Assembly: GCA_963708025.1 (NCBI GenBank)
Contig: CAVPSB010000002.1
Location: 1-64,000, forward strand
Reading direction: 5' to 3'
Origin: an uncultured Candidatus Rokubacteria bacterium
GTDB taxonomy: Bacteria > Methylomirabilota > Methylomirabilia > Rokubacteriales > DASRDR01
DNA length: 64,000 nt
Shown: one piece after another, positions 59,106-64,000 of the stretch
Position numbering within the stretch: position 1 is the stretch's first letter
Layout of the letters: each line of letters opens with the position of its first letter
Notes under the pieces: generated by a model
What the model was told of the DNA's origin: nothing
Database searches by the model: none
The model's input: only the letters and a program-made list of their open reading frames with translations
Position numbers and translations under genes: made by a program

Positions 59106-60916
59106 ACGGCCGGAGGCGCCCGCGGCCGCACGACCACCGGCGGCGGCTGGCCGGCCTGGCCCTCGTGCTGGGCGCCGGCTTCCTGGCCCTCACGTCCCAG
59201 CTCGTCTACCTGCAGATCCTCACCGGCGACCGGCTCGCCGAGCTGTCCGAGAAGAACCGCATCCGCCTTCGCACGGTGATGGCCCCCCGTGGCATCCTCT
59301 TCGACCGCAACGGGCTCCCGCTCGTCGAGAACCGGCCGGCGTTCACCCTGGCGGTGGTGCCGCGGGACGCGGCCGAGGACCTCCCGGCCGTGCTCGATCG
59401 GCTGGCTGGCCTGCTCAAAGTCCCCGTCGCCGAACTGCAGGAGCGGTTCGCCCGCGTGTCCGCCGATTCACCCTGGCCCGTGCGGCTCCAGCGCGGACTC
59501 ACGCTGGACGAGATCTCCCGCCTGGAGGAGTGGAAGCTCGAGCTGCCGGGCGTCACCATCGAGGTGGAATCCCAGCGGGCCTACCCGTCCCTGCGCTTCG
59601 CGGCCCACCTGCTCGGCTACGTCCGCGAGGTGTCGGAGGCCGACCTGGCTCGCGGGCGCTTCCGGCGCGGCGACCTCGTCGGCCAGTCGGGGCTCGAGCG
59701 GCTCTACGACGAGCACCTGCGCGGCCGGGACGGGGCCGAGCAGATCGAGGTCGACGCCTACGGGCGGCCGATCCGGGTCCTGCAGCGTCAGGAGCCGGTA
59801 GCGGGCGCCCATGTCTACACGACCATCGACCGCCGGATCCAGGAGGCCGCCGAGCAAGCGCTGGGGCCGCGGAACGGGTCGGTCGTGGTCCTCGATCCCC
59901 GGAACGGTGACGTCCTGGCCCTCGTCTCGAACCCGGCCTTTCCGGTCGAGCGCTTCTCGGGCCCGATCGACCGGGAGACCTGGCTGGCGCTGGTCCAGGA
60001 TCCCGCCCGGCCCTTGCTGAACCGGGCCGTCCAGGGAGAGTACGCGCCGGGGTCGCTCTTCAAGGTCATCGTCGCCGCCGCCGCCCTCCAGTCCCAGGTC
60101 TTCACGCCGTTCGACCGGCTCTCCTGTCCGAAGGAGTGGTGGTTCGGAGGCCGCGCCTACCACAACTGGGAAGACCGGGATCGGGGCGCGCTGAATCTCC
60201 ACGAGGCGCTCCAGGTCTCCTGCAACACGTTCTTCTATCAGCTCGGGCTCAAGGTGGGTCCGGAGCGGATCGGCAAGATGGCCGAGGAGTTTGGCCTCGG
60301 GCGAGCCACCGGCAGCGGGCTCGTCGGCGAGCGCCCCGGCCTGGTGCCCTCGCCGGCGTGGAAGAAGAAGGCCCTCAGGGACAACTGGTATGCCGGGGAT
60401 ACCGTGAGTCTCTCCATCGGTCAGGGCCTCATCACGGTCACGCCGCTCCAGGTGGCGCGCTTCATGGCCGCCGTGGCGAACGGCGGCGTCCTCTGGAAGC
60501 CCCGGATGGTCATGCGCGTGAAGGCGCCGGACGGCACGCCGCTGGTCAGCGAGACCGAGGTGGAGGAACACCGCCTGAACGTCGCGCCTGTGGTCTTCGA
60601 CTTCCTGCGCGAGGCCCTGGTGAACGTCGTCGCCAACGGCACCGGGAAGGGCGCCCAGGTCCCAGGCATCACCATCGCGGGCAAGACGGGCACCGCCCAG
60701 ACCCGCGAGTTCAAGAGTGACGCCGACCGCAAGCGCCGCGACCAGGACAACGCCTGGTTCGGCTCGTTTGCCCCGGCGGAAGATCCCCGCTTCGTCGTGG
60801 TGATCTTCGCCGAGCGCGCTGGGCTCGGCGGCCAGGTGGCGGCGCCCATCGCGCGTGAGATCTACCGGGCGATCTTCCTGGAGAAGGTGGCGTCCGCCGG
60901 CGGGCCGACGGGCTGA
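59102..60916 (+). CDS. mrdA: Penicillin-binding protein 2
   Basis: APRGILFDRNG, PGSLFK (SxxK), SCN, KTGTAQ. Confidence 0.95.
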   Translation: MNGRRRPRPHDHRRRLAGLALVLGAGFLALTSQLVYLQILTGDRLAELSEKNRIRLRTVMAPRGILFDRNGLPLVENRPAFTLAVVPRDAAEDLPAVLDRLAGLLKVPVAELQERFARVSADSPWPVRLQRGLTLDEISRLEEWKLELPGVTIEVESQRAYPSLRFAAHLLGYVREVSEADLARGRFRRGDLVGQSGLERLYDEHLRGRDGAEQIEVDAYGRPIRVLQRQEPVAGAHVYTTIDRRIQEAAEQALGPRNGSVVVLDPRNGDVLALVSNPAFPVERFSGPIDRETWLALVQDPARPLLNRAVQGEYAPGSLFKVIVAAAALQSQVFTPFDRLSCPKEWWFGGRAYHNWEDRDRGALNLHEALQVSCNTFFYQLGLKVGPERIGKMAEEFGLGRATGSGLVGERPGLVPSPAWKKKALRDNWYAGDTVSLSIGQGLITVTPLQVARFMAAVANGGVLWKPRMVMRVKAPDGTPLVSETEVEEHRLNVAPVVFDFLREALVNVVANGTGKGAQVPGITIAGKTGTAQTREFKSDADRKRRDQDNAWFGSFAPAEDPRFVVVIFAERAGLGGQVAAPIAREIYRAIFLEKVASAGGPTG

Positions 60917-60937
60917 CGGGGTCGGAGTTCTGGCGAG

Positions 60938-62014
60938 ATGTTCCGCATCGATCGACGCCTCCTGCTCCACTTCGACTGGCTCCTCATCGGGCTGGCCGCG
61001 CTCCTGATCGGCGCCAGCCTCCTGACCCTCGGGAGCCTGGTGCCGCGGCTGCTCATGCGGCAGCTCGCCTGGCTCGGCATCGGCGTCGTCTGGGTCCTCG
61101 TCCTCATCTCGATCGACTACCGGATCCTGGCCCGCTGGGCCTACGTCGGCTACCTGGCCGGGCTCGGCGTGTTGGCGGCGGTCCTGGTGCTCGGGCGCTC
61201 CGCCCAGGGCGCCCGGCGCTGGCTCGCGGTCGGCCCCTTCACGGTGCAGCCGTCCGAGCTGTTCAAGCTGGTGCTGCTCACGACGGTGGCCGCCTACCTC
61301 GCCGGCCGGGAAGACCAGCGGCCGGGCTGGGACCGGGTCGTCTTCCCGCTCCTGCTCGTCGCGCCCGGCTTCGGCCTGATCGTCAAGCAGCCGGACCTCG
61401 GGACGGCGCTGGTCCTGATCCCGGTGGTCATGGCGCTCCTGTTCGTCGGGGGCGCGCGCTGGCGGGACCTGGCGGTCCTGATGGGGGGCGGCCTGGCGGC
61501 CGCCCCGGCGTTCTGGTTCGTCCTTCGCGACTATCAGCGCGAGCGGCTCCTGGTCTACCTCGACCCGTTCCGGGATCCGCTTGGCAGCGCATGGAACGTG
61601 ATTCAAGCCAAGATCACGATCGGCTCCGGCCAACTCGTCGGCAAGGGACTCTTCGGGGGGACCCAGAGCCGCCTCGCCTTCCTGCCGGAGCGGCACACGG
61701 ATTTCATCTTCGCCGCCTTCGCTGAATCGTGGGGCTTCATCGGCGCCGTCGGTCTGCTCGCCGTCTACGGTCTGCTCGCGCTCCGGGGCCTGGAAGTGGC
61801 GGCCACCGCGCGGGACACGCTCGGCAGCCTGCTGGCCACCGGCGCCACCGTCCTCCTCACGAGCCAGGCCCTCGTCAACCTCGGGATGGTCACGGGCCTG
61901 CTCCCGATCGTCGGCATTCCGCTCCCCATGGTCAGCTATGGCGGCTCGGCCCTGTTGACGGCGCTGGGCGCCGTCGCTCTGATCGAGAACGTGCGGATGC
62001 GCCGGTTCGCGTGA
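60938..62014 (+). CDS. rodA: Rod shape-determining protein RodA
   Basis: QPSELFK, QPDLGT, PERHTDFIF, SYGGS. Confidence 0.95.
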   Translation: MFRIDRRLLLHFDWLLIGLAALLIGASLLTLGSLVPRLLMRQLAWLGIGVVWVLVLISIDYRILARWAYVGYLAGLGVLAAVLVLGRSAQGARRWLAVGPFTVQPSELFKLVLLTTVAAYLAGREDQRPGWDRVVFPLLLVAPGFGLIVKQPDLGTALVLIPVVMALLFVGGARWRDLAVLMGGGLAAAPAFWFVLRDYQRERLLVYLDPFRDPLGSAWNVIQAKITIGSGQLVGKGLFGGTQSRLAFLPERHTDFIFAAFAESWGFIGAVGLLAVYGLLALRGLEVAATARDTLGSLLATGATVLLTSQALVNLGMVTGLLPIVGIPLPMVSYGGSALLTALGAVALIENVRMRRFA

Positions 62015-62108
62015 TCATGCGCCACCCTCCTGCCGTCGTCCCGGTCCTCTCCGGCCAGGGTGCGCTCCGTCACCGATCCGGTCGTGATCCATGGGGAGCG
62101 ACTGCTAC

Positions 62109-63644
62109 ATGGGACGGACGATCGTCATCAATGCGGGGATCAGCGAAACCCGGGTGGCCGTCCTCGACGGCGGCATCCTCACCGACCTGTCGCTCGAGCG
62201 GAAGCGCCACCGCTCCATCGTCGGCAACGTCTACAAGGGAGTCGTCACGAACGTCCTGCCGGGCATGCAGGCTGCGTTCGTGGACATCGGCCTGACCAAG
62301 GACGCCTTCCTCTACGCCGGCGACTTCACCGCCAACGTCGGCGAGTACGAGCGCCTGATGCTCGCCGACGACGAGGCGGACATCGATCTCGGGGAGGGTG
62401 AGGAGCAGGAGCAGCCCCCCGAGCGCGACCGCCGCGAGATCCCGCCGATCGAGGACGTGCTGCGGAAGGGGCAGACGATCCTCGTCCAGGTCTCCAAGGA
62501 GTCTCTGGGGACCAAGGGCGCCCGCATCACGTCGTTCATCAGCCTGCCCGGTCGCTACCTCGTCTACATGCCGCAAGTCTCCCACGTCGGCGTGTCCCGG
62601 CGGATCCGTGACGCCGCCGAGCGGGACCGGCTCCGCCGCCTGATCAAGGCCCTGCGGCCACCCGGCGGCGGCGGGTTCATCATCCGGACCGTCGGGGAGG
62701 GGCGGGGCGAGGAGGAGTTCAAGGCCGACGTCGAGTTCCTGGTCCGCCTCTGGCAGCAGATCCAGGCCCGCTTCGCCCAGGCGGCGCCGCGCTCGGCGCT
62801 CCACGAGGAGGGCGACCTGGTCTTCCGGGTCATCCGGGACCTGTTCACCACCGAGGTCAACGAGATCCTCATCGACGCCGAGGAAGAGTACCGTCGGGGG
62901 CTGGAGTACGCGGAGAGCCTGGTGCCGGCCCTGGCCCATCGGGTCCACCTCTACGAGGGCCGGGACCCGGTCTTCGAGGCGCGCGGGATCGAGAAGGAGA
63001 TCGAGAAGGCGATCCGGCGCAAGGTGTGGCTCAAGTCCGGCGGCTACCTGGTGATCGACCAGACCGAGGCCCTCGTCTCCATCGACGTGAACACCGGCAA
63101 GTACGTCGGCAAGCGGGACTTCGAGGAGACGATCCTCAAGATCAACGTGGAGGCGGTGAACGAGGTCGTCCGGCACATCCGGCTACGCGACCTGGGCGGC
63201 ATCATCATCATCGACTTCATCGACATGGAGCGCGAGGAGCACCGGCAGCAGGTCTTCCGGGCGCTCAAGAAAGCCCTCGGCGAGGACAAGTCGCGGACGA
63301 ACGTCCTCGAGATCTCGGAGCTGGGCATCGTCGAGATGACGCGCAAGCGGGTCCGGCAGGGCCTCCAGTCCTTGCTCATGACCCAGTGCCCGACCTGCAA
63401 GGGGAGCGGCGGCGTGAAGGCGCCGGCCGCGATCACCGCCGAGATCTACCGGAAGATCCAGGCGGCGGTGGCCGACGTGGGCGGCCAGGAGGTCCTGATC
63501 CGGGTGAACCCCGAGATGGCCGCCTACTTCCAGGACGAGGAAGGCGAGGGGCTCGAGCTCCTCCAGCGCCGGATCCAGCGCAAGGTGACCATCCAGGCGG
63601 TGCAGGCCCTTCACAAGGACGAGTACGAGATCATCACGCGCTAG
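62109..63644 (+). CDS. rng: Rne/Rng family ribonuclease (RNase G-like)
   Basis: VLPGMQAAFVDIG, IDVNTG, LRDLGGIIIIDFIDM, CPTC. Confidence 0.92.
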   Translation: MGRTIVINAGISETRVAVLDGGILTDLSLERKRHRSIVGNVYKGVVTNVLPGMQAAFVDIGLTKDAFLYAGDFTANVGEYERLMLADDEADIDLGEGEEQEQPPERDRREIPPIEDVLRKGQTILVQVSKESLGTKGARITSFISLPGRYLVYMPQVSHVGVSRRIRDAAERDRLRRLIKALRPPGGGGFIIRTVGEGRGEEEFKADVEFLVRLWQQIQARFAQAAPRSALHEEGDLVFRVIRDLFTTEVNEILIDAEEEYRRGLEYAESLVPALAHRVHLYEGRDPVFEARGIEKEIEKAIRRKVWLKSGGYLVIDQTEALVSIDVNTGKYVGKRDFEETILKINVEAVNEVVRHIRLRDLGGIIIIDFIDMEREEHRQQVFRALKKALGEDKSRTNVLEISELGIVEMTRKRVRQGLQSLLMTQCPTCKGSGGVKAPAAITAEIYRKIQAAVADVGGQEVLIRVNPEMAAYFQDEEGEGLELLQRRIQRKVTIQAVQALHKDEYEIITR

Positions 63645-63747
63645 TGCCGTTCCAACTGCATGAGCCAAAATGGGCAAGCGATTCTTGAAGCACGGACGTG
63701 CCCCCTTCCTCGAAAGCACTAGCTGGAACAAGTTGGAACGGCGCTAG
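63641..63747. mobile_element. 107-bp MITE with 17-bp terminal inverted repeats
   Basis: CTAGTGCCGTTCCAACT ... AGTTGGAACGGCGCTAG (16/17 match). Confidence 0.75.
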
Positions 63748-63820
63748 TCTTTTCGGGGGGTCTCGGAAGAACCCCCCCGAGGCCCCCCTCGGTTGCGGCG
63801 GCGGAGCCGCCGCTCGGAAG
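63744..63820 (+). repeat. Dispersed repeat family 2, copy 2
   Basis: CTAG...TTCGGGGGGTCTCGGAAGAACCCCCCCGAGGCCCCCC...GCGGCGGCGGAGCCGCCGCTCGGAAG. Confidence 0.7.
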
Positions 63821-64000
63821 CCCTCGCCGCCATGCTCTTGGCCACCATTCGGGGTGGATCCATAGGCTGGACCCGGGGTGGGCTGCCGCGCGTTTGACAG
63901 CGCGGCGATCGGGGGTATGATACCCCCCGAGGGTATCCGATGCCACCCGCCCACCTGAACCCGATGGATGCGGACGCCAAGGCGACCTTGCTGCGGCGGC

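Overview
High-GC bacterial chromosomal window. Gene content, repeat style and protein style suggest Candidatus Rokubacteria/Methylomirabilota, but that is an unverified inference. Most of it is core genome: rnpB, tRNA-Ile(CAT), rpoD-dnaG-mutS2-rpsU, pth-rplY-prs, tRNA-Gln-ispE, rlmD, an MrfAB-like helicase/exonuclease pair, two Fe3+-type ABC systems, groESL with CIRCE, rpsF-ssb-rpsR-rplI-dnaB, a KimA-like transporter, alkA, leuCD-like genes and mreBCD-mrdA-rodA-rng. Accessory parts are an McrBC-like defence locus with att-like scars next to rnpB, and a decayed 4.2-kb island in tRNA-Gln carrying an integrase remnant, Ku and YceI. Several dispersed palindromic repeats and MITE-like elements sit in intergenic gaps. 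The most unusual signal is a structured intergenic element at about 51.6-52.0 kb: a 14-codon micro-ORF whose start region is complementary to two separate conserved parts of 16S rRNA. About nine single-base frameshifts, one of them in rpoD, indicate residual indel errors in the assembly.
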